Assembly: GCA_041577295.1 (NCBI GenBank)
Contig: JBFGJG010000033.1
Span: forward strand, 1 to 44,932
Source: Gemmatimonadales bacterium
Lineage (GTDB): Bacteria > Gemmatimonadota > Gemmatimonadetes > Gemmatimonadales > GWC2-71-9
Direction of reading: 5' to 3'
Length of the DNA: 44,932 bases
Within the stretch, counting starts at the first letter, position 1. Each line of letters begins with the position of its first letter. Below the pieces are notes generated by a model, which was given only the letters and a program-made list of their open reading frames with translations, had not been told where the DNA came from and searched no databases. The position numbers and the translations under genes are program-made. Positions 36,323-43,822 of the stretch are shown here, piece by piece.

Positions 36323-38302
36323 ATGAAGCTCAATCGTTCTTGGCTGCTGCCGGCGGCGGTCGCTTTTCTCGTGCTGCCCGCCTGTTCAACGTATAGCGGG
36401 AACTCCGCTGCAAGCACGCCCACGCCACAACGCACCATGGCAATGCCAAAGCCGCCAAGTCCCGACCCGCGCATAGGCCTGCGGCCGGGGTTGTTCGATG
36501 CCGAGGAGGCTATCTGGAATCTGCGGCTCGTTAGCACCATGCCACCCCCTGAACCGTTCGTCGGTGTGATGAACTCGGACCTCGCCTTCACGGGGAAGTA
36601 CGCCATCCAGGGCAACTTCAACGGCATCCAGGTGTGGGATATCTCGGATCCCAACCGACCGTCTCTCGAGGTGCAGTACGTCTGTCCGGCGTCGCAAAGC
36701 GACGTCTCGGTCTACGAGAACCTCTTGTTCGTCTCCGGTGAGGGACTCGGCGGCCGCCTCGACTGCGGTACCGAAGGGGTGCGTGAAGCGGTGAGTCATC
36801 ACCGACTCCGTGGAATCAGGATCTTCGACATCACCGACATCAAGAATCCGCAGTACATCGCCAACGTGCAAACGTGCCGTGGATCGCACACGCACAGCGT
36901 GCTGAAGCACCCCACGGACGACGAGAACGTCTACATCTATGTGTCAGGCTCCGCCCCGGTGCGTCCGGCCGAGGAGCTGCCGGGCTGCTCGGGCGCCCCG
37001 TTGGACGCAGATCCCAACTCGGCGCTCTTCCGCATCGAGGTCATCAAGGTTCCCCTCGCCCATCCGGAACAGGCTGCCATCGTGAGCTCGCCGCGGATCT
37101 TTCACGACCTCGTGGCGCCTCCCACACACGGTCTCGCGCCAGATGATCTGGCCGAAATCGAGGAGGCCAGAGAGCGCGGCGCGTTCGTGATCGACATCGG
37201 TGGCCAGCCGCGGGTGTTGCCCGACCGCATGACGGACGTCATGCTCGATAGCATCATCAAGGCGCGTGACGGCACGGGTGCCACCGCTGCCGACAGCGCC
37301 GCGTTGCGGGAGTATCTCGCCCAGTTGGTCGCCCGGATGGAGGCGAGCCGCGCCGGCGAGGGCCCGCGTCCGGGCCCGACGCAGTGCCACGACATCACGC
37401 TGTACCCGGCCATTGGCCTGGCCGGTGGCGCCTGCGGGGGGTACGGACTCCTGCTCGACATCAGTGATCCGATCAATCCGGTGCGGATCGGTGCCGTGAG
37501 CGACTCGAACTTCGCTTACTGGCATTCCGCGACGTTCAATAACGACGGCAGCAAGATTCTCTTCACGGACGAATGGGGTGGCGGTAGCCAGCCAAAGTGC
37601 CGCGCGAGCGATCCCATGGAGTGGGGCGCCAACGCGATCTTCACCGTCGAGAATCGCGAGATGCACTTCAAGAGCTACTACAAGATTCCGGCTCCACAGA
37701 CGCCGCTCGAGAACTGCGTCGCGCACAACGGATCGCTCATCCCGATCCCCGGGCGGGACGTGATGGTGCAGGGGTGGTATCAAGGCGGGATCTCGGTGTT
37801 CGACTGGACCGATGCCGCTAACCCCGTGGAGATCGCGTTCCACGATCGCGGGCCTGTCGATTCCACACGGATGGAGAGTGGCGGAAGTTGGTCCGTCTAC
37901 TGGTACAACGGTGTGATCGTCAGTTCGGAGATCGCGCGAGGGTTGGACGTCTTCGAGCTCGTGCCGAGCCCCTATCTGTCACAAAACGAGATCGACGCGG
38001 CCAAGTCGGTGAGGCTCGACTATCTCAACGCGCAGGGTCAGCCCCAGTTCGAGTGGCCAGCCACATTCGCGTTGGCCCGGGCCTACGTGGATCAGTTGGA
38101 GCGGTCGAGCGGTCTCTCGGCCGAGCGGATCGCGTCGGTTCGGAAGGATCTGCGCACCGCTGAGATGCGTTCCGGTGGTGCGCGTGGTGAAGTCCTGGTC
38201 AAGCTCGCAAACGACCTCACACGCGACGCAAGACAGTCGAGTGACAGCAACAAAGTGCGCATGCTAACAGAGACGGTGCGCGAGTTGGCAGGTATGCGCT
38301 GA
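36323..38302 (+). CDS. LVIVD-repeat beta-propeller lipoprotein
   Basis: Lipobox LPAC; 'NSDLAF.G', 'QVWDISDP', 'RIFDITDI..P', 'LLLDISDP.NP', 'SVFDWTD.ANP'; GAGGA SD. Confidence 0.85.
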   Translation: MKLNRSWLLPAAVAFLVLPACSTYSGNSAASTPTPQRTMAMPKPPSPDPRIGLRPGLFDAEEAIWNLRLVSTMPPPEPFVGVMNSDLAFTGKYAIQGNFNGIQVWDISDPNRPSLEVQYVCPASQSDVSVYENLLFVSGEGLGGRLDCGTEGVREAVSHHRLRGIRIFDITDIKNPQYIANVQTCRGSHTHSVLKHPTDDENVYIYVSGSAPVRPAEELPGCSGAPLDADPNSALFRIEVIKVPLAHPEQAAIVSSPRIFHDLVAPPTHGLAPDDLAEIEEARERGAFVIDIGGQPRVLPDRMTDVMLDSIIKARDGTGATAADSAALREYLAQLVARMEASRAGEGPRPGPTQCHDITLYPAIGLAGGACGGYGLLLDISDPINPVRIGAVSDSNFAYWHSATFNNDGSKILFTDEWGGGSQPKCRASDPMEWGANAIFTVENREMHFKSYYKIPAPQTPLENCVAHNGSLIPIPGRDVMVQGWYQGGISVFDWTDAANPVEIAFHDRGPVDSTRMESGGSWSVYWYNGVIVSSEIARGLDVFELVPSPYLSQNEIDAAKSVRLDYLNAQGQPQFEWPATFALARAYVDQLERSSGLSAERIASVRKDLRTAEMRSGGARGEVLVKLANDLTRDARQSSDSNKVRMLTETVRELAGMR

Positions 38303-38309
38303 GAGCGAT

Positions 38310-38337
38310 GGGCGGGGCTCGAATTGGGGCCCCGCCC
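38310..38337 (+). terminator. GC-rich hairpin just after the LVIVD stop codon (possible terminator, no U-tract)
   Basis: gggcggggc/gccccgccc stem, 7 nt after the stop. Confidence 0.45.
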
Positions 38338-38561
38338 GCCCCAGCCTCGATGGAATCCTCGCTCGTTGGTTCGCTACTCCCAATCCCCTAGCAAAAGAAA
38401 CTGAGGACGCTCTCGCCTCGCATCCGCCGGTGAAGCAGTCGGTTGCGCTCTGAGGACGCTCGCATCAGATCAGTAATAGGGAATCTTATCTCAGATTGCG
38501 CTTCGAGTGGGCCGATGTAGGGATTATCTACTGCAGTACTTACCTGGTGTTCTCCGGATCC

Positions 38562-39023
38562 AAGCCGCATCTGCCCGGGATCGCGTCTGAGATGGGCGAA
38601 TCCAAGCGTGATCTGTCTCAGATCATGCTTAGATATGACGAATTGAAACGTGATCTGTCTCAGATCGTACTTATAAATGGCGAATCCAAGCGTGATCCGT
38701 CTCGGATCGTGCTTACATAGGGCGAGTCGAAGCGTGATTTATCGCAGATCGTGCTTACAAATGGCGAATGCAAGCGTGATTTGTCGCAGATCATACTTAC
38801 AAATGGCGTATCTAAGCGTGATCTGTCGCAGATCGTGCTTACAAATGGCGTATCGAAGCGTGATCTGTCGCAGATCGTGCTTACAAATGGCGAATGCAAG
38901 CGTGATTTGTCGCAGATCATGCTTACAAATGACGAATTGAAGCGTGATCTGTCGCAGATCATGCTTACAAGTGGCAAATGCAAGCGTGATTTGGCCTGTA
39001 TCACGGTTCCAAACAGACGACCT
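38562..39023 (+). repeat. Tandem array of 42-bp palindromic units (9 conserved copies at 38604-38981, degenerate flanking copies)
   Basis: Consensus AAGCGTGATCTG-TCG-CAGATC(A/G)TGCTT-ACAAATGGCGAATGC; unit starts at 38604, 38646, 38688, 38730, 38772, 38814, 38856, 38898, 38940; degenerate copies at 38562, 38982 and about 38477. Confidence 0.95.
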
Positions 39024-39095
39024 AAGGGTCGATCGTTTCGGAACATCCGTCGTCATGTCGCTGAGCAGCGTCCAACACTGAGGATGGAGCGTCAC

Positions 39096-39701
39096 ATGCC
39101 GCGTTTTCCCCTGAAAGAGGTCGAGATCCTGCAGCTGGCGCGTAAGATGATTGCGGGATTCAAGGATCATCCCGATGACTTTCCTGCGCCCTACGTGTCA
39201 CTGGACCAGATGGAACGCGAGCTGGCGGATGCGGAGGCCGGGCTGGTCAGGCGCCAGGAGATGGAGGCCCAGGCCAGGGAGGTCACGGCGGACACGAAGC
39301 GACGGTTCGAGACGTTGAAAGAGACCATGACCGTCAATCTCCGCTACGCCGAGATCCAAGCCCGGGAAGACCGCCAGGCGTTGCACGCGATCGGCTGGGG
39401 CCCGCGGCGCTCCAAGCAACCCCTACGGGCCCCGGGTGAGGTGCGGGACCTCAAGATCGTGGAGGAGTGGGAGACGGCCATTCGACTGCGCTGGAAAAAG
39501 CCCGTGGACGGAGGGCGAGCTGCCAGCTATCGCATCCAGCGACGCGGAGCCGATGGAGGATGGCAAGACGTGGGCATGTCGGTGGACACCGAAGCTACGT
39601 TGGAGGACCAGGAGCGCGGCGTGGAATACCAGTACCGCGTGCTGGCCCTCAACAAGGCGGGCGACGGGTCGCCCAGCAGGACGGTGCAGGCGGTGCTCTG
39701 A
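39096..39701 (+). CDS. Helical N-terminal domain plus C-terminal fibronectin type III domain protein, no signal peptide
   Basis: GGAG SD before ATG 39096 (MPRFPLKE); FN3 pattern 'APGEVRDL......IRLRWKKP.DGG...SYRIQRR.....W...........L.....GVEYQYRVLALNKAGDGSPS'. Confidence 0.85.
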   Translation: MPRFPLKEVEILQLARKMIAGFKDHPDDFPAPYVSLDQMERELADAEAGLVRRQEMEAQAREVTADTKRRFETLKETMTVNLRYAEIQAREDRQALHAIGWGPRRSKQPLRAPGEVRDLKIVEEWETAIRLRWKKPVDGGRAASYRIQRRGADGGWQDVGMSVDTEATLEDQERGVEYQYRVLALNKAGDGSPSRTVQAVL

Positions 39702-39719
39702 TTCCCGCCCGCAAGGATG

Positions 39720-40052
39720 CTACTGCGTTCCCGGGACCGATGTCTTCGGCAAGACCGCAGCTTCCAGCACGTCCAACCGGGTCGACATGGCCTGTAACTG
39801 GTCTTCGATCGCCGCGATGTCCCGTCGGATTGCGACGGGCGGGAGTCGCTCCACCGCCTGCCGAACGGCCCGCTCGATCTTCTCCTGTAGTTCCTTGGTC
39901 CGACTCCGTTCGTCTTCGTCGATCGTCTCGAGGAGCATCTGCCCTTCTTGCCGCTTGAGCTCCCCCAGCTTCACCAATTCGTCGACTTCCTCACGCAGTT
40001 TCTCGTAGAGACCTGTGCCCGCAAACAGTGCCAGCCGGATGACGTTCCGCAT
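39720..40052 (-). CDS. Phasin-like (PhaF/PhaI-type) coiled-coil protein
   Basis: GGAGGGAG SD; 'LFAGTG...K.REEVDELVKLGEL...EG', C-terminal 'RRDIAAIEDQL..MSTRLDVLE'. Confidence 0.65.
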   Translation of the reverse strand: MRNVIRLALFAGTGLYEKLREEVDELVKLGELKRQEGQMLLETIDEDERSRTKELQEKIERAVRQAVERLPPVAIRRDIAAIEDQLQAMSTRLDVLEAAVLPKTSVPGTQ

Positions 40053-40147
40053 TTGACTCCCTCCGTTGCCCTAGCGCACCTAATGGCGCGTACATCGCCT
40101 TGCCGTGAGCATGTGTGACGCTACCTACCTATCGCTCACCGTTCGGT

Positions 40148-40717
40148 CTACAACCGATGCTCCGCGACCGCTCGGACGATGTCCGACGTCGTCACGATGC
40201 CCAACAGCGTTGAGTTTTCGGTCACCAGGAGGCGGTGGACCCCAGCTTGGAGCATGTGACGGGCAGCCTCAGCGAGCTCCACATCCGGGCCGATCGTGCA
40301 CAAGGACGTGGTCATGGCTTCGCTGACCGTATGCTCGCCCAGCAAATCCCACTCTGGAGCCCGTGTGGCCTGGAATCGCTCCGCCACGTCTCCGCCGGCG
40401 TCAGCCCACCAGTCGCTGAAGTAGGCACCGGGGGCCTCTTCGCCCTCCACGACTTCTGGGGGTGATTCGAGCTCCCAGTCGAGCTGCGCAGCCTGCTCCG
40501 CCGGCACACCCGGTGTCACGGCCTCCCACGCCAAGACGTCGCTGGCGGTGATGACCCCGAGCACCTGCCTGCCGCTGACGACCGGTGCGCCACCAATGTG
40601 CCGGTGATCCAGCAACCCAATCACGTCGCGCAGAGACTGATCGGGGCTGACCGTCACCACCTCTGTCGTCATGACATCGCGAACTCTGGTCGGGTTCTTC
40701 TTGGATGTCGGGCTCAC
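40148..40717 (-). CDS. CBS domain pair protein
   Basis: 'VRDVMTTEVVTVSPD', 'IGGAPVV', 'LGVITASD', 'VSEAMT', 'VHRLLV', 'LGIVTTSD'; AAGGAG SD before GTG 40717. Confidence 0.88.
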   Translation of the reverse strand: MSPTSKKNPTRVRDVMTTEVVTVSPDQSLRDVIGLLDHRHIGGAPVVSGRQVLGVITASDVLAWEAVTPGVPAEQAAQLDWELESPPEVVEGEEAPGAYFSDWWADAGGDVAERFQATRAPEWDLLGEHTVSEAMTTSLCTIGPDVELAEAARHMLQAGVHRLLVTENSTLLGIVTTSDIVRAVAEHRL

Positions 40718-40757
40718 GGGCCGCTCCTTCCGGTGCGCATCCGTTTCCTCTCGCTTG

Positions 40758-40949
40758 CTACGACCGCCCAAACTCAGTGTGTTCTTCGATTTCGAGCTTC
40801 AGCGTCGCGACCTCGTTTCGCAAGCCTTCCAACTCCGTCCGCAACCTCGAAAGCTCTCGGAGGTGTTCCTCGAGCTCGCGCACGCGTCCTTCCAGCATTG
40901 CCACCTGCTCTTGGAGCGTGGCCGGGTCCTGGCCGCCGTACGGTGTCAT
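40758..40949 (-). CDS. Small coiled-coil hypothetical protein (63 aa)
   Basis: AAAGGAGG SD before ATG 40949; heptad pattern 'LQEQVAMLEGRVRELEEHLRELSRLRTELEGLRNEVATL'. Confidence 0.65.
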   Translation of the reverse strand: MTPYGGQDPATLQEQVAMLEGRVRELEEHLRELSRLRTELEGLRNEVATLKLEIEEHTEFGRS

Positions 40950-41176
40950 GGCCGCCTCCTTTCGTAGACGCTGCGCCTCGTATGTGAACAATATCAGAGA
41001 ATGATGAACAAACCCTTGAGGCCCGATCGCCGTCCCTTCATGGTTATCTGGTCAAGGGGGCATGAGGGGGTCCACACCCATAACTCATCGAGGATTCATG
41101 CGTTGCGCCGAGGTTGCTGATAGGTCGATCCGCAACGCGCAGGGCGAAGCGGAGTCCTCGTGTGCCGTGAGGGGTG

Positions 41177-41644
41177 ATGCCAGCGCCGATATCTGGTTCC
41201 GAGTCCAAGAGCCCAGCCGATCTCCCGGCAGGGCCGAGTGCATCACACGAGTTTCTCGAGCACGTTTCGGAACTCAAGCTCCGCGTGAGGGCCGCCACGT
41301 TTGACGAACTGTTATCCGAGGCGGGGACGGCCCTCGGAACCCTCCTTGCTCGCGGCGCACCGCTGCGGCTGGACCCACTCCCGCGTGACATCGTGGTGTC
41401 CTCCAGTGACCGAGAGGCATTGCTGGTGGACTGGCTGAATGAGCTCGTATTCCTCGCCGAGACAGAGCATTGGGTGCCGGTAACGTTCGACCGGGTGGAA
41501 GCACGCGACACCCAGGTGCGGGCCACCGTGCGTGGCGTCCCGGTGACCGAAGCGCCCGCGCTGGTCAAGGCGGCAACCCACCACGGCCTGCGTGTCGAGC
41601 AGCTGAACGGCATGCTCCAGGCCGAAGTGATTTTGGACATATGA
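41177..41644 (+). CDS. Archease (RtcB activator)
   Basis: 'HEFLEHVSE', 'LLVDWLNELVFL', 'VKAATHHGL', C-terminal 'VILDI'; TGA overlaps the rtcB ATG. Confidence 0.9.
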   Translation: MPAPISGSESKSPADLPAGPSASHEFLEHVSELKLRVRAATFDELLSEAGTALGTLLARGAPLRLDPLPRDIVVSSSDREALLVDWLNELVFLAETEHWVPVTFDRVEARDTQVRATVRGVPVTEAPALVKAATHHGLRVEQLNGMLQAEVILDI

Positions 41645-43080
41645 TTACGACGACCGCTGGTTACCCCTACGTTCGGCTCAGCCCTGAGCTGGTGGAGATT
41701 CCCACCTCGGCGCGCAGCGACATGCTCGTGTCAGCGCGCGTTTTCGCCGACGAGGCACTGTGGGAGAAAGTCACGCTGGATCGGTCACTCGATCAGCTCG
41801 TCAACGTAGCCACACTCCCCGGCGTGACCGGACATGTGTACGCCATGCCCGATGTGCATGAGGGATACGGCTTCCCAGTGGGCGGCGTCGCAGCATTCCG
41901 CGCGGAGGACGGCATCATCTCGCCCGGTGGCGTGGGGTATGACATCAACTGTGGTGTACGGTTGCTCGCATCGGAATTGAGAGCAATTGACGCGGCCAAT
42001 CAGATCGAGCCGGTCGTGCACGATCTCAGCCGGAGCGTTCCCTCCGGCACCGGGCGCGGCGGAGCACTGCAACTCGACTCTTCCGAGCTCAATCGCGTCC
42101 TCGCCGAAGGCTGCCGATACATGGTCGAGCGAGAGCTCGCCACCAGCGACGACCTGGAGTGCATCGAGGCGTCCGGGAGCTTTGCGGCCGCCGATGCCAC
42201 CGCGGTCTCTGATCGGGCCAAGAAACGCGGTCGAGATCAGCTCGGCACCATCGGCTCGGGGAATCATTTTGTCGAGGTCCAGCGCGTGGCAGATGTCTAC
42301 GACGCGGTCGCCGCATCACAGTTGGGGCTCCGCGTGGGGCAGCTCACCGTGCTCATCCACACGGGCTCTCGCGGGCTGGGCCACCAGGTGTGCACGGATT
42401 TCGTGCGGAAGATGGATGCCGCAATGGCCAAGTATGGGATCGAGCTCCCGGACCGCGAGCTGGCCTGCACACCGTTCACCTCCCCCGAAGGGAAGGCGTA
42501 CTTCGGTGCCATGTGCGCCGCAGCGAACTTCGCGTTCGCCAATCGGCAGGCCATCACCCATGCGGTGCGCGAGGTCTTTGCGCGTGCGCTCGGGGCGGAG
42601 GGACGCCTCCGCGTGGTCTACGACGTCGCGCACAACATGGCAAAGCTTGAGCAGCACAACGGCGAGCTACTCGTTGTTCACCGGAAAGGCGCCACACGCG
42701 CCTTCGGTCCCAGCCATCCGGAGACGCCGGCGGCGTACCAGCGCGTGGGGCAGCCGGTGTTCATTCCAGGCAGTATGGGCACGTCGTCTCACGTACTCGT
42801 CGGAACGGACGGGGCGATGAGCGCGAGCTTCGGCAGTGCCTGCCACGGCGCGGGCCGGGCCATGAGTCGGGGCGCAGCGAAGCGGGTGAAACCGGGCAGT
42901 GAGGTGCGGCGGGACTTGGAGAGCCGCGGCATCGTGGTGCGCTGTCCGCGCAACGCTGAGCTTGCCGAGGAGGCACCGCACGCCTACAAGGATGTCGACG
43001 ATGTTGTGGATGTAGTGCACCGAGCTGGCCTGGCGCAGAAGGTCGCACGCCTCGTCCCCCTCGGCGTGGTGAAGGGCTGA
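41641..43080 (+). CDS. rtcB: RtcB RNA ligase (3'-phosphate/5'-OH), archease-dependent type
   Basis: 'MPDVHEGYGFPVGG', 'GVGYDINCG', 'LGTIGSGNHFVE', 'IHTGSRG', 'YDVAHN', 'HRKGAT', 'IPGSMG', 'SACHGAGR', 'EEAPHAYKDV'. Confidence 0.96.
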   Translation: MITTTAGYPYVRLSPELVEIPTSARSDMLVSARVFADEALWEKVTLDRSLDQLVNVATLPGVTGHVYAMPDVHEGYGFPVGGVAAFRAEDGIISPGGVGYDINCGVRLLASELRAIDAANQIEPVVHDLSRSVPSGTGRGGALQLDSSELNRVLAEGCRYMVERELATSDDLECIEASGSFAAADATAVSDRAKKRGRDQLGTIGSGNHFVEVQRVADVYDAVAASQLGLRVGQLTVLIHTGSRGLGHQVCTDFVRKMDAAMAKYGIELPDRELACTPFTSPEGKAYFGAMCAAANFAFANRQAITHAVREVFARALGAEGRLRVVYDVAHNMAKLEQHNGELLVVHRKGATRAFGPSHPETPAAYQRVGQPVFIPGSMGTSSHVLVGTDGAMSASFGSACHGAGRAMSRGAAKRVKPGSEVRRDLESRGIVVRCPRNAELAEEAPHAYKDVDDVVDVVHRAGLAQKVARLVPLGVVKG

Positions 43081-43091
43081 CACGCAGACGA

Positions 43092-43601
43092 CTATTTCAG
43101 TCGATTCGCAATGACTCCCGGGGGTGTATCCGTGGCCGATGGGTAGAGCCTTGGCTCGCGCTGCTTGTCCACGGGAGGAAGCTGCTGCCGGCGGATCATC
43201 TCCTGAATGCCTCGAAGCACGTCCCGACGGCTCACGAGCCCCACCAGCGTGTTACCATCGGTGACCGGAAGACGGCGCACGTTGTAACTGAAAAACGACT
43301 CGGTAATGGAGTAGATCCCGAGATTCGGTGGGATCGTATGCACCGGCTCGCTCATGAAGCGTGCGACGTTCAGCGTCCTCTCGAAATCCTCGGCATTGTA
43401 TTCTCCGACCGCCAGAACACGTAGACAGTCTTGCTCAGAGAGAATCCCAATTAACGCACCCGCCTCATTCACTACCGGCACACCCGAGATATTCTTCTTG
43501 ACCAGTATGCGCATGGCCTCGCTGATGCTCGTATCGGGCCGGACCGTGATGAGCTTCCGTGTCATGATATCTCGAGCGGTGAGCATCGCGGGCTCGGTCA
43601 T
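43092..43601 (-). CDS. CBS domain pair protein
   Basis: 'ARDIMTRKLITVRPD', 'ISGVPVV', 'IGILSEQDCL', 'RRLPV', 'VGLVSRRDVL'; ATG 43601 overlaps the nqrM TGA. Confidence 0.9.
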   Translation of the reverse strand: MTEPAMLTARDIMTRKLITVRPDTSISEAMRILVKKNISGVPVVNEAGALIGILSEQDCLRVLAVGEYNAEDFERTLNVARFMSEPVHTIPPNLGIYSITESFFSYNVRRLPVTDGNTLVGLVSRRDVLRGIQEMIRRQQLPPVDKQREPRLYPSATDTPPGVIANRLK

Positions 43602-43816
43602 GGCTTCTCTTTGGCCGTGCTCGACCCCGCCCGCTCTGTCGTCTTGGAGTTGGGGACGGTGGCGTAGCACTCACCGGCATTGTTAGCGCCGCACGCGCAT
43701 GCGCCGGCCATCCCGCCACACGATCCCTTGAGCGGTGGGCGCCGCACCGCGACGCCGATGGCCATAGCCAACATGATCAGTGCGAACGCCATGAGCGTTA
43801 GTATGAAAGTCGCCAT
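43598..43816 (-). CDS. nqrM: (Na+)-NQR maturation factor NqrM (DUF539)
   Basis: TM helix followed by 'MAIGV...PLKGSCGG...CAC......C'; directly downstream of apbE. Confidence 0.8.
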   Translation of the reverse strand: MATFILTLMAFALIMLAMAIGVAVRRPPLKGSCGGMAGACACGANNAGECYATVPNSKTTERAGSSTAKEKP

Positions 43817-43822
43817 CGCAGT

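Noticed and set aside
38562..39023. CRISPR array
   Set aside because: The linkers are only 15 nt and are variants of one sequence rather than unique spacers, and no cas genes are in the window.
38660..39170. Minus-strand and alternative-frame repeat ORFs (38660-39046, 38739-39170, 38677-38940)
   Set aside because: These are open frames expected from a 42-bp repeat; they have no convincing SD or domain.
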